Source: Squalus acanthias
Lineage: Eukaryota
Assembly (NCBI GenBank): GCA_030390025.1
Contig: CM059432.1
Coordinates: 131,876,001-131,940,000 of the forward strand
DNA: 64,000 bases
Direction of reading: 5' to 3'
A model generated the notes under the pieces. That model saw nothing but the letters and a program-made list of their open reading frames with translations. It searched no databases and was not told where the DNA came from. Both the position numbers and the translations under genes were made by a program. Below are positions 25,722-37,288 of this stretch, piece after piece (within the stretch, counting starts at the first letter, position 1; each line of letters begins with the position of its first letter).

Positions 25722-26464
25722 GGGCCGGAATTTGCGACCCCTATGGGTGAGTATGAGGTACGTACGCGCCCGTAGGGGCCGCGCAAGTGCCGGTTTGAGG
25801 CATGTGAAGCGCATGTGCTGAAAACCGACACTTGCGATCTGTCAAGAATTCTCTTGACAGATCATCCGCATCCCCAGGAAAAGGGCCTCCGCAGGTGGAG
25901 AGTTGCGCTTTTTGCACAACTTCCACCCGCTGAATGACTGTCAAATTCTTACGCCTGGTGAAAGCAGGCATAAGGTCTGCTTTTATCAGCTTAAGAGTTT
26001 AAAAAAATCAAAAAATGAAATTTGATAACTCATTTATAAATTAAAAATACTCTTAAAAAGGTAAGTTTATTTTTAGCCCCGTAAAAACATTTAATTTTTT
26101 TTCCAAAAAATTAAATTTTTGTTTAAAATATTTAAAATTAATTAAAATGCCATTTAATTAAATATGTAAAAATTTTTTAATGTATTTAATGTGTTGGTGT
26201 ATTTTTTAGTTGATCCCCATTCATACTTTTGACAGTTCCGTACGTACAGAACTGTCAAAAGGTTGAATGGCGATTCCCTTCTTCCATTGGTTGGGCCGGC
26301 CCACATGATCCCAGGAGCACCTACGAACCGCTTGCGCCGCTGGGATACGTGGGGCTCTGCCCGCGTGGACCCGGAGAGGCCGCAAGCCGCCATTCTTCCC
26401 GGGCCACCAGGTAAATTCGTAGACATTTTGCAGGTCGGAGGCGTCTGATCGCAAATGGTGGCCC
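25722..26464. mobile_element. Harbinger-like MITE
   Basis: Ends gggccggaatttgcga / tcgcaaatggtggccc, flanked by CAT/CAT. AT-rich core. Confidence 0.65.
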
Positions 26465-26579
26465 CATATGTTTAGTTTACAGAAAATTAATTTTTCACTT
26501 TTCTAAGTAGTGGATGCAGTTGATCTAGATGTTTAAAAGAAAAACCTACACAAACCAAAAAGCATAGCCAAAAAATGAA

Positions 26580-27220
26580 GGGCTAGAATTTGCTATCAAA
26601 ATAACGGCAAGACTAATGGCGCTTGCCATTACATGTGGGTAAATGTTACTGCAACTTCAGGCGAGGGCCAGATGCGCGGTTAAATGTGAATATCCAAAAG
26701 TTGCTGTCCGAGTTGCATCACTCCACCATTAGCTTCGTGAAAATGGCATCTCGCCCTTAGCCTCCCTGTCCTTTTAAGGAACTTGTTGTATTTGCCCATT
26801 AAACTCACCACAGAAAGTTAAGCCCTGTCATTACAAGCGGAAGTACCTTTTTAAGTGTTAATGCCTGCCAATCATCCTTTCTGGCACAGAAAATTAACTA
26901 TTACAAGTCTGGAGCCTCATTCCTTCAGGTTGTGAATTTTTAGGGGACATTTTAAAAATATTAAATTTTTAACTTTAATTTTTTTCTTACTTTTCCTTTC
27001 TGTCCCTTTTATCTCTCTCTCAATCCAATCTTTCTTTCCCTCTCTCTATTTCTCTGTTGCTTGCCCTGTTCACTCGGGTCCCAGATGCCCTGTTTCCCTC
27101 ACTGTGCCGTTATCAGTTTGCACTTTCAGCAACTTTGTGGGAAAAATATTTTGAGCTGAAGAGTGCGGGGGCAAGTCTAACTAATGCCATTAGATGCCCT
27201 GCTACAGCAAATTCTGGACC
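26580..27220. mobile_element. Harbinger-like MITE
   Basis: Ends gggctagaatttgct / agcaaattctggacc. Confidence 0.55.
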
Positions 27221-27239
27221 GATGTTTAAATATTACCAT

Positions 27240-27968
27240 GGGCTGGAATTTGCTGGAGTGGGGCATCTCACGGCGTGCCCGGTTAGTTAGACTTTTTCCT
27301 GCACCCTTACAGTTCAAAACATTTGTACCCAGTAAGTTGCTGGAAGTGCAAGCAGACAACGGCACAGCGAGGGCAATAGGGCAAATGGGACCGACACTGA
27401 ACCTCCTTAACCAATGAGATTTAACTTTCTGTGGCATGTTTAATAGGCAACTAATGTGCAAATCCAGCAACTTCATGAAACTCATGGGGAGGTTAAGCGC
27501 AAGATGCCATCTTTGGGGATCACATTTAAAAACACACTAAAACATTAAATAATGTTTTTTTTTATTACATAATTAAAATGCCATTTAGTTAAACATTTTA
27601 AACAAACATTTAATTTTTTGAAAAATAAATTTAAATGTTTTAAAGGGGCTAAAAATAACCTTACCTTATTGCACAGGTTTTTTAATGTTTGGATGATTGA
27701 AACAAATTTATTTTTATGTTATTTTAAACACTTATGCTTTTACCAGGTGTAAGAATTCTATGGCCTTTCAGCGGGCGGAAGTTGTGCAAAAAGCGCGACT
27801 CTCCATCCACGGAGGCCCTTTTCCCGGGCAGGCGGATGATCTGTCAAGAGAATTCTTGACAGATCGCAAGTGCCGGTTTACAGCGCATGCGCTTCGCATG
27901 CCTGAAACCGGCACTTGCACGGCCCCTACAGGAGCATACACACCCGTAGGGGTCGCAAAATCTGGCCC
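27240..27968. mobile_element. Harbinger-like MITE (inverted relative of 25722-26464)
   Basis: Ends gggctggaattt / aaaatctggccc. 27730-27968 is a reverse-complement homolog of 25722-25960. Confidence 0.65.
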
Positions 27969-28213
27969 ATTATTATTTACACCAGCGCTAGTAGAGATTG
28001 TAGCTGGGCCTGGTGGTAAAATGTTAACTGCATCCACAGAGGAATAATTAACTTGTCCAGTGCTATCTGTAGGGAGGATCAGTGGTTCCAATAACCCATC
28101 ATTCAAACACATCACCTCCACATTGGCAAAATGCCTTTTTACTCAGGGCAGCAAAGTTTGAAAAGTCTACTCGCAGCCTAGAGATATAAGTAAAGGGTTG
28201 GCTTATCACCAAT

Positions 28214-28670
28214 ACATAGAAACATAGAAGATAGGAGCAGGAGCAGGCCATTCAGCCCCTCGAGCCTGCTCCGCCATTCAATGAGATCATGGCTGATCAT
28301 CCAAATTCAGTACCCTGTGCCTGCCTTCTCTCCATATCCCTTGATCCCTTTAGCTTTAAGAAATATATCTAACTCCTTCTTGAATATATTTAATGAATTG
28401 GCCTCTACTGCCTTCTGTGGTAGAGAATTCCACAGCTTCACCACTCTCTGGGTGAAGAAATTCCTCCTCATCTCAGTCCTAAATGGCTTACCCCTTATCC
28501 TTAGACTGTGACCCCTGGTTTTGGACTCCCCGGCCATCGGGAACATCCTTCCTGCATCTAGTCTGTCTAGTCCTGTTAGAATTTTATAAGTTTCAATGAG
28601 ATCACCTCTGATTCTTCTAACTTCCAGCGAGTATAAGCCCAATCGACCCAATCTCTCCTCATACGTCATT
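28214..28670 (-). mobile_element. CR1 LINE 3' fragment
   Basis: ORF 28307-28696 is a CR1 ORF2 C-terminus, nearly identical to 22306-22770. Confidence 0.9.
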
Positions 28671-29934
28671 ACTATATTTATTAACAATTCAAGCACTTAG
28701 GTGGGCGATTACTCACCATGAAAATGTCCCTTAGCATGAATCACCACTGTCAGCAGGAGAGGGAGAAAGAGAAATAAATAAAGTTGCCCAATTAAAAAAA
28801 AATGGATTGCTGCTCATAGTAAATTTCTTTTAATTTACTGAAGGTCAACTTCTCTGCACATCTTAGCCTTGGACACTCTACCTACTCACTGCAAGCATGA
28901 GAACCTCGTGAGTGCTCACATATTTATTTAATGTCAATCTGAAATTTTGTACAGTACAAGAGGTAAACTCAATTTTTTTGTCCTTATGCTAACAGTTGCA
29001 TATATGGGGTCGATCTTCTGCTCCTACTGGCCCCACAAAGGAAAGTAAAAACAACTTAGCTTGAATGGCCTCTTTTGAATCCAATCCTCTTCTGACAGGC
29101 CTTCACCTGGTGGGAAAGTTTCGTTCCTCAGGCCGGAGTTAAAATTGCAGTCAGGGCCCGATGACATCATCTGACCCAATCTGCATATTTAAAGAAGGAC
29201 CCCACTGGCTTTGGCCAGTCCGCTTAGCCGCCTGTCCGGAAATGCCGTTTAAAAAAAAAATCGGCAACAGCAGGATCTGGGTGGGACATTGGCGGGTAAG
29301 TCACCCATTGCATTTTACCTACTTATCCATCCGGTTTCTGCCGACCAGGTAGGGTTAAAATTCCCCCCACGCCCTTCCCCATGTATAGTAAATGCTTTGA
29401 GCAGGAATCTTCCCCCACATTCATTGTCAGTGAGGAAAACATTCAGCTTTTAATGATCTATTGACTTCCTATAGCCATACGTTATAGTCATTATTTTGCT
29501 AGAATATTCAGGATACAATATTTCATAATTGCTGCTGATTTTGGCCAGCTTGCTTATGAAGTTCCACTATTGGACTGAACTGAATAAAAGGAGTAAGTGG
29601 GTGATGAAAGAAGTGCGCAACAAAGTGCAGTGTAAGTTACAGAATGTCAGCATTCAATAGGTACAAATGATGGCATTTGTTCTGTCAGCTGTTGAATTAT
29701 TATAACATTTTATATTATCATAATATTTTAATATAACATATACAGCTTTTCTTCCTCTGGCAAAAACTCCTTTACATCTGTTTGTACTGTAAAATTAAGA
29801 GCATAGTGGGACCTGATAATATAAAATAATATGCAGTGAAAACCCCATACTTCCTCTGTTTATAAAGAGTGAGATTGACCTTGTAACTTAAGTCCTATTA
29901 AATAACAATAAAACCACTCTTTGCCTGCCTCCCT

Positions 29935-30362
29935 TGGTAGCACTCTTACCTTTCAATTAGAAGATTGTGGGTTCAAAGCCATGCCAGGGTTTAAGCACAT
30001 AATCTAGGATGACACTTCAGTGAGGGAAGAAGTGCATTGCCAGAGGTACCTTTTGAAGGTGTTAAACTCAAACCCTATCTGTTCGGGTGAATGTTTAAGA
30101 TCCCATGCGCTACTTGAAGGAGAGCAGTGAGTTCTGTGGATGCCCTGATCAATATTCTTCCCTCATCCACCTCTACCAAAAACAGATTAACTGGTCATTC
30201 ATCTCATTTGCTGTTTGTGGAACCTTGATGTACACAGTTAGCTACCTCATTTGCTTACATAACACAATGGTTGTACTTCAAAATTAATTCATTAGTTGTG
30301 AAGCACTTTGGAATGTCCCGAGGATGCAATAAGATGATATATAAATGCAGGCTGGCTCTTTC
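29935..30362 (+). mobile_element. Old tRNA-derived DeuSINE/SacSINE1-like SINE
   Basis: B-box-like gggttcaaag. Body and tail (aagcactttgg..tatataaatgcag) are homologous to the minus-strand SINE copies. Confidence 0.6.
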
Positions 30363-30365
30363 ACT

Positions 30366-31200
30366 AAGGCAACACAGGCTTGCAGCATGGGCAGACAAAT
30401 GGCAAATTAAATTCAATATAGTGAAGTGTAAGGTGGTAGGAGGAATAAGGAGGCCATTTATTCCTTGGACGGTAAGAAACTGAATGGGGTAGAGGAGCAA
30501 ACAGATCTAAGAATACAAATAGATAAATCACTAAAAGTAGCAACATCCGTTGATAAGGCCATAAAGAGTGCAAACAAAGTACTGGGGTTCATTTCTAGAG
30601 GAATGGAATGCAAAAGCAAGGAGATAATGTTACATTTATATAGAACCTTAGTTAGACCACACTTGGAGTAGTGCGCAGTTCGGGTCTCCATACTACCAAA
30701 AAAAAAGGATATTGAAGCACAGGAGAAAGTGCAGAAAAGATTTGCAAGATGCAACTATCAGGAAAGATTGAGCAGACTGGAGCTCCTTTCTCTGGAAAAG
30801 AGAAGACTAAGAGGATACCTGATAGAGGTCTTTAAAATTATTAAACGGTTCGATAGAATGGATGTGGAGAAACTGTTTCCACTTATGGGTGAGTCCAGAA
30901 CAAGGGGCATAAATATAAGATAGCCACTAACAGATCAAATAAAGAATTTAGGAGGAATTTCTTTACACAGAGAGTGGTGAGAATGTGGACCTCGCTGCCA
31001 CGTGGAGTGGCTGAAGCAGAGAGCATCGACATATTTAAGGGGAGGCTTGATGCATACATGAGGGAGAAGAGACTAGAGGGATAGGGGAGCAGGGTGGGAA
31101 TAGGTAATTAGAGTGGGAAGGGGCTTGTGTGGAGTATAAACACCAGCATCGACCAGTTGGGCCGAATGGCCTGTTTTTGTGCTACAGATTCTATGTAATG
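30366..31200 (+). mobile_element. CR1 LINE 3' fragment, degenerate
   Basis: AWADKWQIKFN, LYRTLVRPHLE, EKRRLRG fragments. 3'UTR gggccgaatggcctg..attctatg. Confidence 0.85.
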
Positions 31201-32316
31201 TAATATATTGAAAATTGTAGTATATCGCTTCAGAAGTGTAGCCTACCACTTCAGAATTTCACCCTACTACTTCAGAATCATATCATACTATATTGCTTCT
31301 GAATTGTACTCGAATGTCAGTGTCTTACTTTACCGCTTCAGAACCATGCTAAACCACTTCAGTATTATCCTGTATCACTTCAAAAGTAGCATGCCATACC
31401 ATGCCCTGTTATATTTGTATAAACATATATTTTGAACAAAACAGGAGGAGGAACTAAGTGAACACCAGAACCTTGCCCAAAGCCTGGCCGAGGACAATCA
31501 CCTAATCCAACATGAAAAAATGTGTCTGTGAAGACCAGCAGGCCAGGGTTAAATAGTTAAATCCCTTTTTATGTAGATAGATTATTTCACTCTTTCACAT
31601 AAATTCTCAATGATTTCCCAACAGAGAGTGATCATATGATCATATGTCACAGAACACTTAAGCTGCGCTCACTGTTTTATACCTGAAAGCAATTGTATGT
31701 TACATAAGAACATAAGGAGCAGGAGTCGGCCATTTGGCCCCTCGAGCCTGCTCCGCCATTCAATAAGATCATGGCTGATCTGATCTTGGCCTCAACTCCA
31801 CTTCCCTGCCCGCTCCCCATAACCCTTGACTCCCTTACCTTTCAAAAATCTGTCTGTCTCCACCTTAAATATATTCAATGACCCAGCCTCCACAGCTCTC
31901 TGGGGAAGAGAATTCCAAAGATTCATGACCCTCTGAGAGAAGAAATTCCTCCTCATATCCGATTTAAAAGGGTGCCCCCTTATTCTGAAATTATGCCCCC
32001 TAGTCCTAGATTCCCCCACGAGGGGAAACATCTTCTCTGCATCTACCCTGTCAAGCTCCTTCAGAATCTTATGTTTCAATAAGATCCCCTCTCATTCCAT
32101 TCTTCTAAACACCAATGAGTATAGGCCCAACCTGCTCAACCGTTCTTCATAAGACAACCCTTCATCTCCGGAATCAACCTCGTGAACCTTCTCTGAACTG
32201 CCTCCAATGCAAGTATATCCCTCCTTAAATAAGGAGACCAAAACTGTACGCAGTACTCCAGGTGTGGTTTCACCAACGTCCTGTACAGTTGTAACAGGAC
32301 TTCCCTACTTTTATAC

Positions 32317-32922
32317 AAAAGCAAAATACTGCGGATGCTGGAAATCTGAAATCAAAACAGAAAATGCTGGAAACACTCAGCAGGTCAGGCAGCATCTGTG
32401 GAGAGAGAAACAGAGTTAACGTTTCAGGTCGATGACCCTTCGTCAGAACTGGAAAAAGCTGGAGATGGAACAAGTTTTTAAGCAAGTGCAGGGGCAGGGA
32501 AAGGGGGGAGGGGAGGAAAGAACAAAAGAGAAGGTCTGTGATAGGATGGAAGGCAGGAGAGATTAAGAGACAAAAGGGATGATGGTACAAGGCAAAAGGA
32601 GATGGTAATGGGACAAGTTAAGAAACAAAAGATGGCTCTAGATGAAGTGTAAATGGCACTGGCATCTAGAGCCATCTTTTGTTTCTTAACTTGTCCCATT
32701 ACCATCTCCTTTTGCCTTGCACCATCATCCCTTTTATCTCTTAATCTCTCCTGCCTTCCATCCTATCACAGACCTGCCCCTGCACTTGCTTAAAAACCTG
32801 TTCCATCTCCAGCTTTTTCCAGTTCTGACAAAGGGTCATCGCCCTGAAACATTAACTCTGTTTCTCTCTCCACAGATGCTGCCTGACCTGCTGAGTATTT
32901 CCAGCATTTTCTGTTTTTATTT
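32317..32922. mobile_element. Penelope-like element remnant: inverted pseudo-LTR pair (~600-bp palindrome)
   Basis: Arms are reverse complements around an ~18-nt spacer near 32645-32662. Flanked by the 13-bp direct repeat cctacttttatac (32304-32316 / 32923-32935). Hammerhead motif in each arm. Confidence 0.75.
32414..32450 (-). ncRNA. Minimal type I hammerhead ribozyme motif
   Basis: Minus strand reads AGUU-CUGACGA-A-GGGUC-AUC-GACCU-GAAA-CG-U-U-AACU: conserved core, helix II, 4-bp helix I (AGUU/AACU) and a loop-less palindromic helix III. Confidence 0.7.
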
Positions 32923-34519
32923 CCTACTTTTATACTCCATTCCCTTTGCAATAAATATGTATTGTTTATTTGTCTGACTACATTCTGCATATTCTGTTAA
33001 AACATTCAATTTAAATCAGAAGAAAAGAGCTATTAAAATCTTACCCTTGCTATGTACCACTATCTCACAGGTCTGCATATGAGTTAATAGTTAATCTTTG
33101 ATTTCTAGCTGCCGCATGCATTGTACTAGAATTTCTCATCATTGGCCTTCAGCAAGCACTAAACAGTTCTTAACGAAAATAAACTCATTCGACCAAGACA
33201 GTTATTATTGCTTTCTACCAGTCTTGCTCACCAAGTTATTCGTACCTTCACTTTGTAATACTAACACAGAGAGTAAAATATGGCCCTTACTTCATAAGCT
33301 CCAATATGAATTAAGACAGAGTTGTGAGAAATCGCTTGACTTTTGTTTAAGCGGTTTTGCATTAATTTTACTTTAAGTCTCTTGAACTATTGGAAAGCTG
33401 CTTGAAGTACGTTTTCTTTATCTTTTTAATAAAACATTATGACTCTGTACTCTTTGTACTAACAAAATTTAATGACTATAGAAAAAAAAAACATCTGTTA
33501 TCTCTTTTCTTGAATGGCCTCAATCCTGTTTTTGATTTTATGGGTTTTTTTTCTGAACTATGTTGTGCCAATAATTCCAAATGGATATACCACTTGAATG
33601 TGAAATTTATTGGTACCATATGAGAAAGTTTTAAGTTTGTGATTTAGAAATTGAAACACCATGAAGTGGCCACTTTTGCAAGTAATCCTATAAATTGCTG
33701 AATTAAGTAATAAACTATACATTTTAGTAAACCAGCACTTTTCAGTCAAGTCCTCGTCAACTTTTAAAGTTGTTTTGTGTGCTAGAATTATCATAACAAA
33801 TCAAGAAAAAAAGAAAAGTGTATAGAGGTACTTTTGTTCAAAGTACTCCCCATTATCTATTAATACAATTAATGAAAAATTGCCTTGAATTATATGTATT
33901 TTTAAAACATAATCAGACACCCACAATGTCAGATCTCCTTGTCTCCAGTCTGCTTCAGTTATGTCATTGACATGGAGCAGCCTCATGCATCCTGGAGCAG
34001 CTCCATTAAATGTAACCAGCCTGTGCCTTTGGATTGGGCTGTGAGGTGATCTGGAGCAGCCTGAGCTTGCACTTCTGGCTCAGTATACAGTCATTTATAA
34101 AATTCAAGTTGATCCAGAGGTCTCAAAGCTATGGTAGCAGTTAAAGAAAATGAAAGTGTTATTAGAAGTCTTCTTGGATTCCTTTCTGGTTTCAAAATTA
34201 ATTAAGACTTTGCTGTTAGGAAGACACTTCCATAAGATTTGTTCAAAATTAATTGGAAAGTTTCAAAGGGATTGCAGTCACAATAGTTTACAAGACGAAT
34301 CATTGTATGAAGAATGGATCTGAGCTTCATGCTCATGAGTGAGTAACTACATTTCTCAGGACATATTCTCTCCTGTGATCGCTCATTGTGTTCCTCCTCA
34401 TTGCTATAGTGATGCTGTCAATCATATAATTTTGTGCATTAAAAGGGGAAGCTTAGTGTTTGGCAACAGCTAGCAGGGTTTTGGGTGGAAGAGGGACAGA
34501 GATTGAGAGTTGGACATAG

Positions 34520-34660
34520 ATGCGGGATGACACCACCCTTGAAAATGTAGCACTCCTACAGTATTCCACTGGGATGTCAGCTTAGATTATGTGCTGAAGT
34601 CCCAAAGTGGGACTTGAGCTGAAGACCTTCTGATGGAGTGTTACCTATTGAGCTAAGCTG
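34520..34660 (-). mobile_element. tRNA-derived SINE 5' fragment
   Basis: Homologous to 15330-15485 (gcactcc..cagta.tcca.tgg..tgtcagc.tagattatgtgct.aagtc..gtgggacttga). Confidence 0.55.
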
Positions 34661-34814
34661 GTATAAGATTATTTCATTTTAACTTTTGTGAGGGTGAGAC
34701 TCCCACTTTTTAATATATTTTGTCTGTTCCCCTTTCTTGATGTAATAATGTTATTAATAAATGATTAGTGCTTTTATGGTTCTAACAAATATATTTGGTT
34801 AGAGAGCTTGAGAT

Positions 34815-36735
34815 AACATAAGAACATAAGAAATAGGAGCAGGAGTAGGTCATACGGCCCCTCGAGCCTGCTCCGCCATTCAATAAGATCATGGCTGATC
34901 ATCGACCTCCACTCCACTTTCCTGCCCGATCTCCATATCCTTTGATTCCCCTAGAGCCCAAAAATCTATCTATTTCAGCCTTGAATATACTTAAAGGCTC
35001 AGTATCCACAACCCTCTGAGTGAAGAAATTCCTCCTCATCTCGGTCTTAAATGGCCTACCCCTTATCCTGAGACTATGCCCCCTAGTTCTAGACACTCCA
35101 GCCAGGGGAAACAACCTCTCAGCATCTACCCTATCAATCCCCTTCAGAATCTTGTATGTTTCAATGAGATCACCTCTCATTTTTCTAAATTCCAGAGAAT
35201 ATAGGCCCAGTCTACACAATCTCTCATCATAGGACAGCCCTCTCATCCCAGGAATCAATCTAGTAAACCTTTGTTGCAAACTGTGCACAGTACTCCAGGT
35301 GTGGTCTCACCAAGGCCCTGTACAATTGTAGCAAGACCTCCTTACTCTTACACTCCAACCCCCTTGCAATAAAAACCAACATGCCATTTGCGCCTTCCTT
35401 ATTGCTTGCTGTACCTGCATGCTAACTTTCTGTGTTTCTTGCACGAGGACACCCAAGTCTCTCTGAACACCAACATTTAAAAGTTTCTCACCATTTAAAA
35501 AATATTCTGTTTTCTATTCTTCCTACCAAAGTGAATAACCTCACATTTCCCTACATTATACTCCATCTGCCACCTTACTGCCCACTCACTTAGTCTATCT
35601 ATATCCCTTTGCAGACTCCTTGGCCGCGATTTTTTCTATCGATGCGGCTTGGGGGTGGGACAGCTGCCTTCCGGGGTCCAGTCCCGCCCCCAACGACATC
35701 AGACGCACAGATGCGATTTTGCATCAATTAGCCTTGTTAAGCCCGCCCTGCGGGCCTGCCGGCCAATTCAGAGGAAGCCGGTGTCAGATTACATCAGTTG
35801 ATGACGTGTCATCTGCCAGTTTTCTTAAAGGGGCCACGCCAATTTTTTTTGACAGCTGATTTTTCAGTGTTTGATAGCATTGAGGTGCTGCAAACACTGA
35901 CAATCACTGTACAAAGGTGAGCCCTTGCACCCAGGCACTCCAGTGACTCCCTCCTTAGGCTAGAACAGATGGCAGCTGCAGGTGAGGTTACAGAAGCGAT
36001 CTGTCACTGGTGAGAGAGGTTCTCCCAATGAGATGGGACTACACAAACTTGTCACCTACAGAAAAGTATAAATGCATTAAAAATGATTTTCCCAACATTT
36101 TCTTACCTCTGAAACTCACCAGTGTATCATTGGATCCTTCACACCACTTCTGCAGCTGTCATCAATGCAGAAACATTACAGTAGACCCACAGCACGCCAC
36201 ACTTACCCTGGCGTGGTGTCCGGATGTCGGGAAGCCCGCAGTAGACCTGTCAAAATTGCAAAAAGCCACTTAACTGCCTGTTAACAACCTGTTAACAAGC
36301 AGTTAAGTGCCTATAATCCTCTTCCCACCGCTAGGTGTCGGGTCCATGCGCAAATGGGGGACACAACACCTGGGAAGATTGTTTGGAGGCGGTTTGACAG
36401 TGGGTTTCCTGCCCGCTGTCAATCTTTGCGATTTTGCCGGATGTCCCACCTCCAAACCCGCCCCCTGAACGCCGGCAAAATTCTGGCCAAAGTATTCTCC
36501 TCACAGCTTACTGTCCCACCTAGCTTTGTATTGTCAGCAAACTTGGATACATTACACTCGGTCCCTTCATCTCGGTCATTAATATTGATTGTAAATAGCT
36601 GAGGCCCCAGCACTGATTCTTGCGGCACCCACTAGTTACAACCTGCCAACCTGAAAAAGACCCGTTTACCCCTACTCTCTGTTTTCTGTCCGTTAACCAA
36701 TCCTCTATCCATGCTACTATATTACCCCCAACCCT
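34815..36735 (-). mobile_element. CR1 LINE fragment interrupted by a MITE
   Basis: ORFs 34899-35288 and 36419-36628 (partial). CR1 resumes after 36489. Confidence 0.88.
35621..36489. mobile_element. Harbinger-like non-autonomous element inserted in CR1
   Basis: Ends tggccgcgatttt / aaaattctggcca. Colinear with the split copy at 36986-41300. Confidence 0.7.
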
Positions 36736-37288
36736 CTATAATGGAAAAAAAAATTTACTTGTAGTGTCATATTGTATTTCTTTATAAAATCTACCTCTAC
36801 CCCCCACCTCCCCAACCCCCACTACCACTAGCCCCAGTGTAATCAAGAGCTAAACCACAGCAGTGATGCTCAGGTGATATGTGCACTCCCTAATGTGGAA
36901 CTGAGCCATGCAAACCAGAAGATCCCAGGTTCAGTGCTCAGGCTATGCTGATCTCAGCAGGGTGGCAGTAGGGAGTGCAACAGTTAGGCCGCGATTTTAT
37001 CGATCGATGCGGCTTGGGAGCGGGTCAGCTGGTTTCCGGGTTCCAGTCCCGCCCCCAACTTCATCCGGCCCACGGACGTGATTTTACGTCAATTGGCCTT
37101 GTTAAGCCCGGCTTCAGGCTTGCCGGCAAATTAAGAAGCAGCCGGTTAGATGACATCATTTGATGACGCGTCATCTGCTGTTTTTCATAAAGGGACCACG
37201 CACATTTTTTCTTTGACAGCTCATTTCTCAGTGTTTGACAGCATTGAGGTGCTGCAAACACTTACAATGACTGTTCACAGGTGAGTTC

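Larger units (their letters stand above)
31702..32953 (-). mobile_element. CR1 LINE 3' fragment, interrupted by a palindromic insertion
   Basis: ORFs 31792-32079 and 32136-32324, tail cataagaacataag. CR1 sequence resumes at 32923. Confidence 0.88.

Noticed and set aside
31208..31435. CRISPR-like look of the short repeats and the YxFR-repeat ORF
   Set aside because: Repeats are degenerate, spacers only ~7-10 nt, no cas genes, eukaryotic context.
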